34,679 nucleotides of DNA from an uncultured Lachnospiraceae bacterium (GTDB lineage: Bacteria; Bacillota; Clostridia; Lachnospirales; Lachnospiraceae). Below the pieces are notes generated by a model. The model was not told the DNA's origin, did no database searches, and saw only the letters and a list, made by a program, of their open reading frames with translations. Each line of letters starts with the position of its first letter. Within the stretch, counting starts at the first letter, position 1. Shown here in pieces: positions 8,650 through 17,412 of the stretch. The stretch is taken from contig CADCOP010000076.1 in the NCBI GenBank assembly GCA_902803065.1, positions 1 through 34,679 of the forward strand, written 5' to 3'. A program made the translations under genes and the position numbers.

Positions 8650-9650
8650 AAGAGATCCGGATTACAGAAACAGAAGAGGGGCAGCGGCTTGACAGGTTCC
8701 TTCAGAAATACCTGAGAGAAGCTTCGGGCAGCTTTATATACAAAATGCTCCGGAAAAAGAATATCACACTGAACGACGCAAAGGCCTCGGGGGGAGAAAA
8801 GCTCTCCTGCGGTGATACGATCCGCATCTGGTTTTCGGATGAGACCCTGGAGAAGATGCGCGGGTGCCGTGCAGATATGACTGCTCCGGTGTCAGGCGGG
8901 ATGAATGGCTTTTCCCGGCGGCCCGATGTCGTGTATGAAGATGAACACATCCTTATACTGAATAAGCCTGCCGGAATGCTTTCTCAGAAGGCAGGGCCAA
9001 AGGATTACTCCATGGTTGAGCTGATCCGGGACTACCTGCTTTCCACAGGCGCTCTGACAGAGGAAAAACTCTCCGTCTTTCATCCGTCTGTGTGCAACAG
9101 GCTTGACCGGAATACGAGCGGGCTCATTGCGGCGGGAAAGACGCTGACAGGCCTGCAGGAACTTTCTTCCCTGTTTTCCGGCAGAAGGCTCGGGAAGTAT
9201 TATGTCTGTGCCGTACGCGGACATGTTGAGGGAGTGCACACGCTGGACGGCGCCCTGGTGAGGGACAGAAAGAAAAATCAGGTCACGGTAAGCTCTCATG
9301 CTGCGCCGGATGCCGTCATGATCCGGACCGAATACTATCCTTTGGCGTACGGAACGGCCTATAAAACAGGTGAAGAACTATCGCTTCTTGAAGTCAGACT
9401 GATCACAGGAAAGACCCATCAGATACGCGCGCATCTTGCCTTTGACGGCTGCCCTCTGATCGGAGATCTGAAATACGGAACAGGCGCGGGAGGGCAGGTT
9501 CATCATGATCCGCTCGCGAAGCGGCAGCTTCTTCACTGTGTGAGGATGGAGATGCCGCAGCTGGAAGGACCTCTTTCCTATCTGTCCGGGAAGGTATTTA
9601 CAGCGCCCGTACCGGAGGACTTTAACATTGCCGCATGGAAGAAGGCATAA
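8646..9650 (+). CDS. RluA-family (RluD/RluC-like) pseudouridine synthase
   Basis: S4-like N-terminus (GQRLDRFLQKYL), catalytic NRLDRNTSGLI, and GKTHQIRAHLA motif. Confidence 0.9.
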   Translation: MKEIRITETEEGQRLDRFLQKYLREASGSFIYKMLRKKNITLNDAKASGGEKLSCGDTIRIWFSDETLEKMRGCRADMTAPVSGGMNGFSRRPDVVYEDEHILILNKPAGMLSQKAGPKDYSMVELIRDYLLSTGALTEEKLSVFHPSVCNRLDRNTSGLIAAGKTLTGLQELSSLFSGRRLGKYYVCAVRGHVEGVHTLDGALVRDRKKNQVTVSSHAAPDAVMIRTEYYPLAYGTAYKTGEELSLLEVRLITGKTHQIRAHLAFDGCPLIGDLKYGTGAGGQVHHDPLAKRQLLHCVRMEMPQLEGPLSYLSGKVFTAPVPEDFNIAAWKKA

Positions 9651-9667
9651 GGAGATAAGAGCAGTTT

Positions 9668-10201
9668 ATGGCTACCTGGAACAGCCGCGGTCTTCGCGGA
9701 TCCACACTTGAGGACATGATCAACCGGACCAATGAACAGTACATGGAACAGGGACTGGCCCTGATCCAGAAGATTCCCACACCGATCACGCCTATCAATA
9801 TTGATAAAGAAAGCCGTCATATAACGCTGGCTTATTTCGATCAGAAAAGTACGGTCGATTACATAGGAGCCGTTCAGGGGATTCCCGTATGCTTTGACGC
9901 GAAGGAGTGCGCCGTTGACACCTTCAGCCTTCAGAATATCCATGAGCATCAGATGCTTTTCATGGAGAAATTTGAAAAGCAGGGAGGCATATCTTTCCTG
10001 ATCATCATGTATACGCACAGAAATGAGATCTATTATGTACCCTTCGATCATGTTCTGGCTTTCTGGAACAGGGCAAGGGAAGGCGGCCGCAAAAGCTTCC
10101 GTTTTGAGGAGATCGACCAGTCTTTCATGATCCGCCAGAATCACGGGGTGCTGGTGCCGTATCTGGAAGCCCTTCAGAAGGACCTGGACCGGAGGGATTG
10201 A
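9668..10201 (+). CDS. recU: Holliday junction resolvase RecU
   Basis: N-terminus NSRGLRGSTLEDMINRTNEQY, LIQKIPTPI, and DYIG...G..V.FDAKE catalytic region. 177 aa. RecU is restricted to Firmicutes and Mollicutes. Confidence 0.9.
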   Translation: MATWNSRGLRGSTLEDMINRTNEQYMEQGLALIQKIPTPITPINIDKESRHITLAYFDQKSTVDYIGAVQGIPVCFDAKECAVDTFSLQNIHEHQMLFMEKFEKQGGISFLIIMYTHRNEIYYVPFDHVLAFWNRAREGGRKSFRFEEIDQSFMIRQNHGVLVPYLEALQKDLDRRD

Positions 10202-10296
10202 CACCGCAGGGCATTTTACGTATAATCATGACGATTTAGTGCGCTGCCACGATAAAGTGTGAATAAAGCAGTAATTATGAAAGGTACAGGTGTTTT

Positions 10297-11487
10297 ATGA
10301 ACAGCAGACTGCTGCATACGCCGGATGGCGTCCGTGACATATTCGGAGATGAGTGCGCGGAAAAAAGGCTTCTCGGGGAGCGAGTCCGTCAGATCTTTCA
10401 TTCACACGGATTCCGTGATATAGAGACTCCCACATTTGAATACTTTGATGTTTTCGGAAATGAGATCGGGACTATACCTTCCCGGGAGCTGTATAAGTTT
10501 TTCGACAGGGATGGGAATACGCTTTCCCTTCGTCCGGACTTTACGCCGTCCATCGCAAGAGCAGCTGTCAGATATTTTCTGCAGGATCAGGACCCGGTGC
10601 GCCTGTGTTACAGCGGGAATACCTTTGTCAATAACGAGAACCTTCGCGGAAGAATGAAAGAGAATACACAGATGGGCGTTGAACTGATCTGTGACAGCTC
10701 CGTGGACGCGGATGCTGAGATCATTGCCATGGCAATAGAAAGCCTTCTTGCGGCCGGTCTGAGTGATTTCCAGATATCCCTGAGCAATGTGCAGTTTCTG
10801 GACAGCCTTGTCGATGAAGCAGGACTTATGGATGAAATGGAGGAGGAACTCCGTACATTCGTAAAAAACAGGAATCCGTTCGGTGTTGAAAAGCTTCTTG
10901 CGGACCTGCCCATCGATGAACGCCTGAAGGATCTGCTTGTCCGGCTACCGAACCTTTTCGGCGGTGCTGAGATGCTTGAAGACGTAAAAAACCTTTACAG
11001 CGGCAGCGAAAGCGCGGCAGCCCTGGAGCGTCTATCCATGATCTTCCGGATCATGCAGATGTACGGGCTTGAAAAGTATATCTCCTTTGATCTGGGCATG
11101 GCGAGCTCCTATAAGTATTATACCGGGATCATTTTCCGCGGTTTTACTTACGGAAGCGGGGAACCGGTCATCAAGGGCGGAAGATATGATAAGCTGCTTG
11201 GCTCGTTCGGGAAAGATGCGCCATCTGTCGGCTTCGTGGTCGTTGTTGAACAGCTTCTTTCCGCTATGCGCAGGCAGCACATTCCGCTTCCCCGTGAGGA
11301 AGGCCCCGTGCTGATCGAGTTTTCAGAAGAGCAGCGGGAGGATGCAATGCGGCTGGCCTCTTCCATGCGGTCAGAAGGAAAGAACTGCGCGCTTCATTTT
11401 GTTCCTGATTCGGGAAAAGGTCCGGCGCAGAGAACGGATGAGAACGGCATGTATTCGAAAATCATACGGTTAGGAGGATGCTCATGA
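10297..11487 (+). CDS. hisZ: ATP phosphoribosyltransferase regulatory subunit HisZ
   Basis: HisRS-like fold without an anticodon domain (PDGVRD, LSLRPDFT, GGRYD). It lies immediately upstream of and overlaps a short-form hisG. Confidence 0.9.
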   Translation: MNSRLLHTPDGVRDIFGDECAEKRLLGERVRQIFHSHGFRDIETPTFEYFDVFGNEIGTIPSRELYKFFDRDGNTLSLRPDFTPSIARAAVRYFLQDQDPVRLCYSGNTFVNNENLRGRMKENTQMGVELICDSSVDADAEIIAMAIESLLAAGLSDFQISLSNVQFLDSLVDEAGLMDEMEEELRTFVKNRNPFGVEKLLADLPIDERLKDLLVRLPNLFGGAEMLEDVKNLYSGSESAAALERLSMIFRIMQMYGLEKYISFDLGMASSYKYYTGIIFRGFTYGSGEPVIKGGRYDKLLGSFGKDAPSVGFVVVVEQLLSAMRRQHIPLPREEGPVLIEFSEEQREDAMRLASSMRSEGKNCALHFVPDSGKGPAQRTDENGMYSKIIRLGGCS

Positions 11488-12140
11488 GATATCTGACATT
11501 TGCTCTCGGCAAGGGACGTCTCGCCAACAAGACCATGAGCCTTCTGGAAGAGATCGGAATCACATGTGAGGAGATGAAGGATCCTGCATCCCGGAAGCTT
11601 ATTTTTACGAATGAAGAGCTTAAGATGCGGTTCTTTCTTTCCAAGGGACCGGATGTTCCCACATATGTTGAATACGGCGCCGCGGATATCGGCGTTGTAG
11701 GAAGAGATACGATCCTGGAGGAAGACCGCAAAATATACGAAGTCCTGGATCTCGGATACGGAAAATGCCGTATGTGCGTCTGCGGTCCTGAAAGCGCAAG
11801 AGAACTGCTCGAAACAAGACAGCAGTTTCGGGTAGCGACTAAATATCCGCATATTGCCAGAAATTATTTTTACAACCAGAGGAACCAGACGGTTGAGATC
11901 ATCAAACTGAACGGTTCCATAGAGCTCGCGCCGATCGTCGGCCTTTCAGAGGTCATTGTTGATATCGTTGAGACCGGATCAACACTGCGGGAGAACGGAC
12001 TGACCGTCCTGGAGGAAGTCTGCCCGCTCTCAGCGAGGGTCGTAGTCAATCCGGTCAGCATGCGAATGGAAAACGAAAGAATCACCCAGTTTCTCAGGGA
12101 ACTGAACAAGGTGGTCAGCAGGGAAGGCGGAAAAGCATGA
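11484..12140 (+). CDS. hisG: ATP phosphoribosyltransferase, short form
   Basis: LTFALGKGRL, VDIVETGSTLRENGL. AGGAGG at 11472-11477 lies 6 nt before the ATG at 11484, which forms an ATGA overlap with the hisZ stop. The track start at 11478 sits too close to the RBS. Confidence 0.93.
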   Translation: MRYLTFALGKGRLANKTMSLLEEIGITCEEMKDPASRKLIFTNEELKMRFFLSKGPDVPTYVEYGAADIGVVGRDTILEEDRKIYEVLDLGYGKCRMCVCGPESARELLETRQQFRVATKYPHIARNYFYNQRNQTVEIIKLNGSIELAPIVGLSEVIVDIVETGSTLRENGLTVLEEVCPLSARVVVNPVSMRMENERITQFLRELNKVVSREGGKA

Positions 12141-13477
12141 GAATCGTTAAGCTGAATGAAGAAAGCAGAAAGAATATACTTGAGAATCTTCTCAAAAGAA
12201 GTCCGTCCAGCTACGGGGAATTCGAAAGCCGCGTAAACGCGATCATCGAAAGGATCCGCAGAGAGGGAGATACAGCTCTGTTTGAAATGACCAGGCAGTT
12301 CGATCATGCTGAGATAACAGCGGAAACTGTCGAGGTCACGAAAGAGGAGATCGAGGAGGCTTACAGCCAGGTCGATCCTTCGCTTCTGGCTGTGATCCGC
12401 AAGGCTCTTGTCAACATCCGCGCCTATCATGAGAAGCAGCGCAGGACCAGCTGGTTTGACAGTACAGAAGAAGGAACGCTTCTTGGCCAGAAGATCACGG
12501 CTCTCTCGCGGGTTGGCGTGTATGTCCCCGGAGGAAAGGCCGTCTATCCGAGCTCCGTTCTTATGAACATCGTTCCCGCAAAAACGGCAGGCGTAGATGA
12601 GATCATCATGTGCACGCCTCCCGGAAGAGACGGAAAGGTCACCGCTTCAACTCTTGTGGCAGCGTGTGAAGCGGGTGCGGACCGTGTGTTCAAGGCGGGC
12701 GGGGCACAGGCAGTAGCTGCCATGGCTTTCGGAACACAGAGCATTCCGAAGGTTGATAAGATCGTCGGACCGGGAAACATTTATGTTGCCCTTGCGAAAA
12801 AGGCTGTGTACGGTTATGTGAGCATCGATTCCATCGCGGGGCCGAGCGAGATCATGGTTCTTGCGGACGAAACAGCCAACGCGCATTATGTTGCCGCGGA
12901 CCTTCTTTCACAGGCAGAGCATGATGAGATGGCTTCCGCTATTCTCGTCACGACATCGGAAAAGCTTGCCCGCGAAGTATCCCGTGAGGTCGAAGGATAT
13001 CTGCCGAAGCTTTCAAGAAGAGAGATCATCGAAAGATCCCTGGAAAGCTACGGCTATATTCTGCTTGCCGATACGATGGAGGATGCGGTGGATACTGTCA
13101 ACGCCATCGCTTCCGAGCATCTTGAGATCGTTACCGCAAACCCATTTGAGATCATGACAAAGGTCAGGAACGCAGGCGCCATCTTTATAGGAGAGTACAG
13201 CAGTGAACCCCTCGGAGATTATTTTGCCGGTCCCAATCATGTGCTTCCGACAAACGGAACAGCAAAATTCTTCTCGCCGCTGTCCGTTGATGATTTCATT
13301 AAAAAATCAAGCATCATCTATTATTCGAGGGAAGCGCTCCGGAGGATCCACAATGATATTACTGACTTTGCGAAGGCGGAAGGCCTGACGGCGCATGCGA
13401 ATTCGATCGCAGTGCGTTTTGAAGACAGCTGCGGTGAAAGCGGGGATAAGGAGGAAAAAGATGGGCAGAACAGCTGA
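12137..13477 (+). CDS. hisD: Histidinol dehydrogenase
   Basis: 446 aa with GGKAVYPSSVLM, IAGPSE, QAEHD and EHLE motifs. ATGA overlap with hisG. Confidence 0.95.
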   Translation: MRIVKLNEESRKNILENLLKRSPSSYGEFESRVNAIIERIRREGDTALFEMTRQFDHAEITAETVEVTKEEIEEAYSQVDPSLLAVIRKALVNIRAYHEKQRRTSWFDSTEEGTLLGQKITALSRVGVYVPGGKAVYPSSVLMNIVPAKTAGVDEIIMCTPPGRDGKVTASTLVAACEAGADRVFKAGGAQAVAAMAFGTQSIPKVDKIVGPGNIYVALAKKAVYGYVSIDSIAGPSEIMVLADETANAHYVAADLLSQAEHDEMASAILVTTSEKLAREVSREVEGYLPKLSRREIIERSLESYGYILLADTMEDAVDTVNAIASEHLEIVTANPFEIMTKVRNAGAIFIGEYSSEPLGDYFAGPNHVLPTNGTAKFFSPLSVDDFIKKSSIIYYSREALRRIHNDITDFAKAEGLTAHANSIAVRFEDSCGESGDKEEKDGQNS

Positions 13478-14048
13478 GATCCGTCGTGAAACCAAAGAGA
13501 CGAACATTCTTGTCAGGCTGGACCTGGACGGCAGCGGCAAAGCGGACATCCAGACCGGTATAGGCTTTTTTGACCATATGCTTACCGGATTTGCCCGTCA
13601 CGCTCTTATTGACCTGACGGTCAGAGCTGAGGGTGATCTGCAGGTAGATGACCATCATACGATCGAGGATACAGGCATCGTGATTGGGCGCGCAATTAAA
13701 GAAGCGCTCGGAAACAAAGCCGGCATCACCAGATTCGGAGATAAGATCCTTCCCATGGATGAGGTCCTTGTCCTCTGCGCTCTTGATCTGGGAGGCCGTC
13801 CGTATTTCTCATGGGATGCGCCATTCGTGCCCGGCATGATGGGAAACATGAACGCGGAAATGGTGAAGGAGTTTTTCTACGCCATATCTTATTCTGCAGA
13901 GATGAATCTGCACATGAAGGTGCTCACGCCGGGCAATCAGCATCATATGGCGGAAGCATTGTTCAAGGCTTTCGGAAAAGCACTCAGCCAGGCTGTGACC
14001 ACGGATCCAAGGATCACGGGAATCCCTTCCACGAAAGGAGCTCTCTGA
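13461..14048 (+). CDS. hisB: Imidazoleglycerol-phosphate dehydratase
   Basis: [23 protein letters not shown] and HH.AEA.FKA motifs. AAGGAGG RBS precedes the ATG at 13461. The longer track ORF from 13395 lies inside hisD. Confidence 0.93.
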   Translation: MGRTAEIRRETKETNILVRLDLDGSGKADIQTGIGFFDHMLTGFARHALIDLTVRAEGDLQVDDHHTIEDTGIVIGRAIKEALGNKAGITRFGDKILPMDEVLVLCALDLGGRPYFSWDAPFVPGMMGNMNAEMVKEFFYAISYSAEMNLHMKVLTPGNQHHMAEALFKAFGKALSQAVTTDPRITGIPSTKGAL

Positions 14049-14410
14049 TGGAAAGCGTATCATTTGCGTGGGAAGAACTTAAAAAGAACAGCGACGGCAT
14101 GGTGCCGGTGATCGTACAGGACTATGAGACAAAGGATGTCCTGATGATGGCTTACATGAACCGGGAAGCCTATGAGATGACGCTGCGCACCGGAAGGATG
14201 ACCTACTTCAGCCGCAGCCGCAAAATGATCTGGATCAAGGGAGAGACGTCCGGTCACACCCAGTATGTGAAGCAGCTGCTGATCGACTGTGATAATGATA
14301 CGATCCTGGCTCTGGTTGACCAGAAGGGCGCTGCTTGCCATACGGGAAACCGAAGCTGCTTTTATCGCTTTTTGCAGCAGAATCCGGCAGATCTGCCTCA
14401 TGAAGAATGA
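14048..14410 (+). CDS. hisI: Phosphoribosyl-AMP cyclohydrolase (monofunctional HisI, about 120 aa)
   Basis: [24 protein letters not shown]...W.KGETSG and [11 protein letters not shown] motifs. TGATG overlap with the hisB stop at 14046-14050. There is no HisE-like extension. Confidence 0.9.
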   Translation: MESVSFAWEELKKNSDGMVPVIVQDYETKDVLMMAYMNREAYEMTLRTGRMTYFSRSRKMIWIKGETSGHTQYVKQLLIDCDNDTILALVDQKGAACHTGNRSCFYRFLQQNPADLPHEE

Positions 14411-14462
14411 TTTTTGCTGCAAAAAATAAGAAATTCTTTCTGATTTCTGTTGCCTTTTTACA

Positions 14463-14491
14463 TTGCTCAGCAAACCGCATTGTGGTAAGAT
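14463..14491 (+). promoter_or_regulatory. Possible extended -10 promoter upstream of the LtaS-family gene
   Basis: TTGCTC (14463-14468), 17-nt spacer ending in TGG, TAAGAT (14486-14491). The match is weak. Confidence 0.3.
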
Positions 14492-14572
14492 GTCTACTGT
14501 CAAATGTATAGAAAATCATATTTCAAATTTGTGCATATTTACCACAAATCAGTGTAATACGAGGCTTAAGAA

Positions 14573-16645
14573 ATGAAATCAGAAGGACTTCTGCAAAGAA
14601 GCGTACAATTTCTCGGACATTCAGTTTTTACAGGTTTTCTGCTGAACGGTTTTGTTCTGACCTGCATTACGGAAGCGTTCAACAGGCAGTCGGTCGCCGG
14701 GATGCTGCGTTTTATGGCAGGATCGCCGCTCGCGTTCCTCTGCAATATGTTTATTATCTCGCTGACGCTCTGCCTCAGCCTTCTGGTCGTACGCAGGCGT
14801 TACTTTGTCCAGGCATTCATTTCTCTGGTCTGGATCGTGATGGGGGCAGCTAACTGCATCATTCTTACATACCGGATGACTCCGTTCTCAGCTGAGGATT
14901 TTTCACTTCTTCCGATGCTTGCGAGGATCGTGAAAAACTACATGACTCCCGGCCTGATTTTTACGATCGCCGCCGTGATCGTATCTCTTCTGATCGGAAC
15001 GGTCGTTCTGTGGTTCCGTCTTCCGAAGGATATGTCCGCGAAGACCTCCATGCGTTCTCTGCGGCTCAATATTCTTAAAACAGCTTGCATGGTGCTGGCT
15101 CTTTCATTCTCGCTGAACATGGGAATGAAGACACAGGCTCTTTCGCAGGATTTCAAGAACCTGGCTGACGCCTATGAAGAATACGGGTTTGCGTACTGCT
15201 TCTCGAACAGCGTTGTTGATAAGGGCATTGCAAAGCCGGAACTGTACTCCGAGGAAATGATGGATATCATAGTTTCCGGAATGGAGAATACATCATCGGC
15301 CGCCTGCGGTGTTACCGCAGATGAAACTGTTAAAACTACTTCCGCAGATGCTGAATCTGCGGATTCTTTATATCCGGACATTATCATGATCCAGCTGGAA
15401 TCATTTTTTGATCCGATGTATATCAAGGGTTTCACCTACAGCCATGATCCGGTTCCTTTTTTCAGACATCTGAAGGAAGAGGAAACATCCGGTTTTTTAA
15501 CAGTTCCTGTGGTGGGAGCCGGGACAGCGAATACGGAATTTGAATGCCTGACAGGCATGAGTACATCCTTTTTCGGAGCCGGGGAGTACCCCTACAATAC
15601 AGTCCTCTCGGAGCAGACCTGTGAATCCCTCGCCTATATTCTCGGGGATCACGGGTACGCGACCAGTGCTGTTCATAATAATACGGGCACATTTTATAAC
15701 CGGAATACTGTCTTTTCCAATATGGGCTTTGATAATTTCATTCCGGAAGAGTATATGTACGGAATTGAAAGGACGTATACGAACTGGGCCAAAGATGCTG
15801 TCCTTACGGATGTGATCATGGACCGGCTGGATATAACAGACGCGCAGGATTTCATTTACACCATCACTGTGCAGAGCCACGGGCGGTATCCTCAGGAAGA
15901 GGCGCTCTCTGATCCGTATATTACAGTGACGCCGGATATAGAGTTCTATGATGAAAACTATAATGTGTATCCGCTGGAATACTATGTAAACCAGATCTGT
16001 GAAGTGGATCAGTTCACAGAGGAACTGATCGGAAGGCTGGAAGAACGGGGCGCACCTGCCATGGTCATTATGTACGGAGATCATCTTCCGGCCCTGGGTT
16101 TTGATGAAGACGATCTGACGCTTCCGTCACTTTATTCCACCGAATATGTGATCTGGGATAATTTCGGATTTGACATGCAAGATACAGACCTGGAGGCTGA
16201 ACAGCTTGGAACGCGGATCCTGACCGAGCTTGGAATAGATGGAGGAATGATTCCTGCTTTCCACAGGGCCTATGACGGGACATCCGAATACGAAGAATAC
16301 CTGGAGCTGGTTGAGTATGATATGTTCTATGGAAAGGGATACATATTCGAAGGCGGTACGAGACGGGAGCCGACAGATCTTACTTTCGGCACCCGTGCGA
16401 TCACTGCGGAGGGCTGCTCGGTGGATGAAGACGGGACGCTGACTGTTTATGGCAGCGGTTTTAATGAGAGCAGCAAGATCACGATCGACGGAAAGATATA
16501 TGATACGGTATTCGAAGATGAAGAAACGATCACTCTTGAAGGCAGGTTTCCTTCCGGCGCGGAAAAGATATGCGTGATGCAGTGTGACAGCAACCTGGAG
16601 CCGCTCGGAAGAGGGAGCAATGAGATCGATGCTCCCGGGGCATGA
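14573..16645 (+). CDS. LTA-synthase-family / sulfatase-fold membrane protein with a C-terminal IPT/TIG-like domain
   Basis: The N-terminal roughly 190 aa is multi-TM. The extracellular alkaline-phosphatase-superfamily domain carries IIMIQLESF, GAGTANTEFECLTG (nucleophile Thr region) and IMYGDHLP. The C-terminal roughly 90 aa (TLTVYGSGFNESSKITIDGKIYD) resembles an Ig-like IPT domain. Confidence 0.85.
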   Translation: MKSEGLLQRSVQFLGHSVFTGFLLNGFVLTCITEAFNRQSVAGMLRFMAGSPLAFLCNMFIISLTLCLSLLVVRRRYFVQAFISLVWIVMGAANCIILTYRMTPFSAEDFSLLPMLARIVKNYMTPGLIFTIAAVIVSLLIGTVVLWFRLPKDMSAKTSMRSLRLNILKTACMVLALSFSLNMGMKTQALSQDFKNLADAYEEYGFAYCFSNSVVDKGIAKPELYSEEMMDIIVSGMENTSSAACGVTADETVKTTSADAESADSLYPDIIMIQLESFFDPMYIKGFTYSHDPVPFFRHLKEEETSGFLTVPVVGAGTANTEFECLTGMSTSFFGAGEYPYNTVLSEQTCESLAYILGDHGYATSAVHNNTGTFYNRNTVFSNMGFDNFIPEEYMYGIERTYTNWAKDAVLTDVIMDRLDITDAQDFIYTITVQSHGRYPQEEALSDPYITVTPDIEFYDENYNVYPLEYYVNQICEVDQFTEELIGRLEERGAPAMVIMYGDHLPALGFDEDDLTLPSLYSTEYVIWDNFGFDMQDTDLEAEQLGTRILTELGIDGGMIPAFHRAYDGTSEYEEYLELVEYDMFYGKGYIFEGGTRREPTDLTFGTRAITAEGCSVDEDGTLTVYGSGFNESSKITIDGKIYDTVFEDEETITLEGRFPSGAEKICVMQCDSNLEPLGRGSNEIDAPGA

Positions 16646-16663
16646 GTCATATTTTGCGGATTA

Positions 16664-16935
16664 TTACAGAATCCGCTGATACAGGATCCGCCTGAATGAA
16701 TGATACTCTTCAATGACACCGGCAGGAATAAACAGGTGTTTTTCAAGAATATGCGTGCTGAAACGATTATCAGGATGGGCAGTCGCCAGAATATAGCGGC
16801 GCCCGTCCTTTTTTGATTCGTTTTCCAGGGCAATGGCCCGCCAGCTTCGTCCATCATGCCGCGGATCAGGGGGACATCTCCGTGATCCGCCGTGAAAATA
16901 CCGTTTTTAAGATCTTCTGTCTGTTTCATGAGCAT
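16664..16935 (-). pseudogene. Small ORF that needs two reading frames (probable 1-nt frameshift or assembly error); product unknown
   Basis: The frame starting at ATG 16935/16929 (MLMKQTEDLKNGIFTADHGDVPLIRGMMDEAGG...) degenerates into Cys/Ser/Leu-rich sequence and runs 200 nt into the convergent LtaS-family gene. The -1 frame reads protein-like ...SWRAIALENESKKDGRRYILATAHPDNRFSTHILEKHLFIPAGVIEEYHSFRRILYQRIL and stops at 16664-16666, just outside that gene. A C5 run (G5 on the + strand, 16869-16873) lies in the switch interval. Confidence 0.5.
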
Positions 16936-17018
16936 AATTACCCTATACATGCAGGCCATTCAGACCGCTCCGGCGCTCCTGCAGCGGCGCATGCGTGCGT
17001 GGCACAATTTCCACTGAG

Positions 17019-17047
17019 TTGAATTTGAACCGGTCATATGATACTAT
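17019..17047 (+). promoter_or_regulatory. Candidate promoter driving the cobalamin riboswitch leader
   Basis: TTGAAT (17019-17024), 17-nt spacer ending in TGA, TACTAT (17042-17047), i.e. extended -10 TGnTACTAT. Confidence 0.5.
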
Positions 17048-17099
17048 GGACTCGCCGGCGGGAGAAGGATCCGGCGGCTGAAATACAGATGAATATAGC

Positions 17100-17265
17100 G
17101 ATGACAGGTGCTCTGCACAGGGCAGAGTGAAAAGGGAACCGGGTGAGAATCCCGGACGAGCCCGTCACTGTAATCGGGGAATGTTTCCGGCAGCAGCCCC
17201 ACTGGATGATCCGGGAAGGGGCCGGAAACGTGCTGATCCGTAAGTCAGGAGACCTGCCTGTCATT
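17100..17265 (+). promoter_or_regulatory. Cobalamin (adenosylcobalamin-type) riboswitch aptamer
   Basis: Conserved core AAAAGGGAACCGGGTGAGAATCCCGGACGAGCCCGTCACTGTAA (17130-17173). B12 box AGTCAGGAGACCTGCC (17243-17258). P1 closing helix gacagg (17103-17108) / cctgtc (17257-17262). It sits in the 5' leader of a cbiK-like/ABC transporter operon. Confidence 0.88.
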
Positions 17266-17412
17266 GGTACAGGGATCATATCCCTAAACCACGAGGAACT
17301 GGTTGTACGCGCGCAAAGACGCAGGAGCGCCATGCGCACAGGCAATCCTCCGCTTGTGTACCTGTTCTTCTGTATTTTATTCATAGTATCACACTTAAAG
17401 GAGGAACTCATT

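Noticed and set aside
10202-10296. Possible T-box or attenuator leader upstream of hisZ
   Set aside because: The leader is only 95 nt and has no T-box conserved sequence, specifier-loop architecture, His-codon leader peptide or terminator hairpin. Only a TATAAT-like hexamer (10222-10227) is visible.
14411-14426. tttttgctgcaaaaa palindrome after hisI, considered as a terminator
   Set aside because: The stem would be A-T only with a tiny loop, so it is not a credible intrinsic terminator.
14527-14549. Inverted repeat atttgtg-N9-cacaaat upstream of the LtaS-family gene, considered as a Rex or CRP/FNR-type operator
   Set aside because: The repeat is real. However, its spacing (TTGTG-N9-CACAA) is one nt longer than the Rex box (TTGTGAA-N4-TTCACAA), and it does not fit TGTGA-N6-TCACA. 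Arms this short and AT-rich occur by chance.
16656-16676. Hairpin gcggatt-attaca-gaatccgc between the LtaS-family gene and the frameshifted ORF, considered as a bidirectional terminator
   Set aside because: The stem is short at 7 bp and has no U-tract on either strand. It also overlaps the stop codon of the repaired minus-strand ORF. The evidence is insufficient.
16984-16995. Shared 12-mer gcggcgcatgcg at 16984-16995 and 32522-32533, with a related gcgcatgc core in the 45-77 hairpin, considered as a dispersed REP-like element
   Set aside because: In a 35-kb window, tens of 12-mer coincidences are expected by chance. The flanks do not align, and there is no consistent hairpin architecture.
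17143-17412. N-terminal 90 codons of the track ORF 17143-18396
   Set aside because: This stretch is the cobalamin riboswitch and its expression platform. The real start is ATG 17413, which has an AAGGAGG RBS and a signal peptide.
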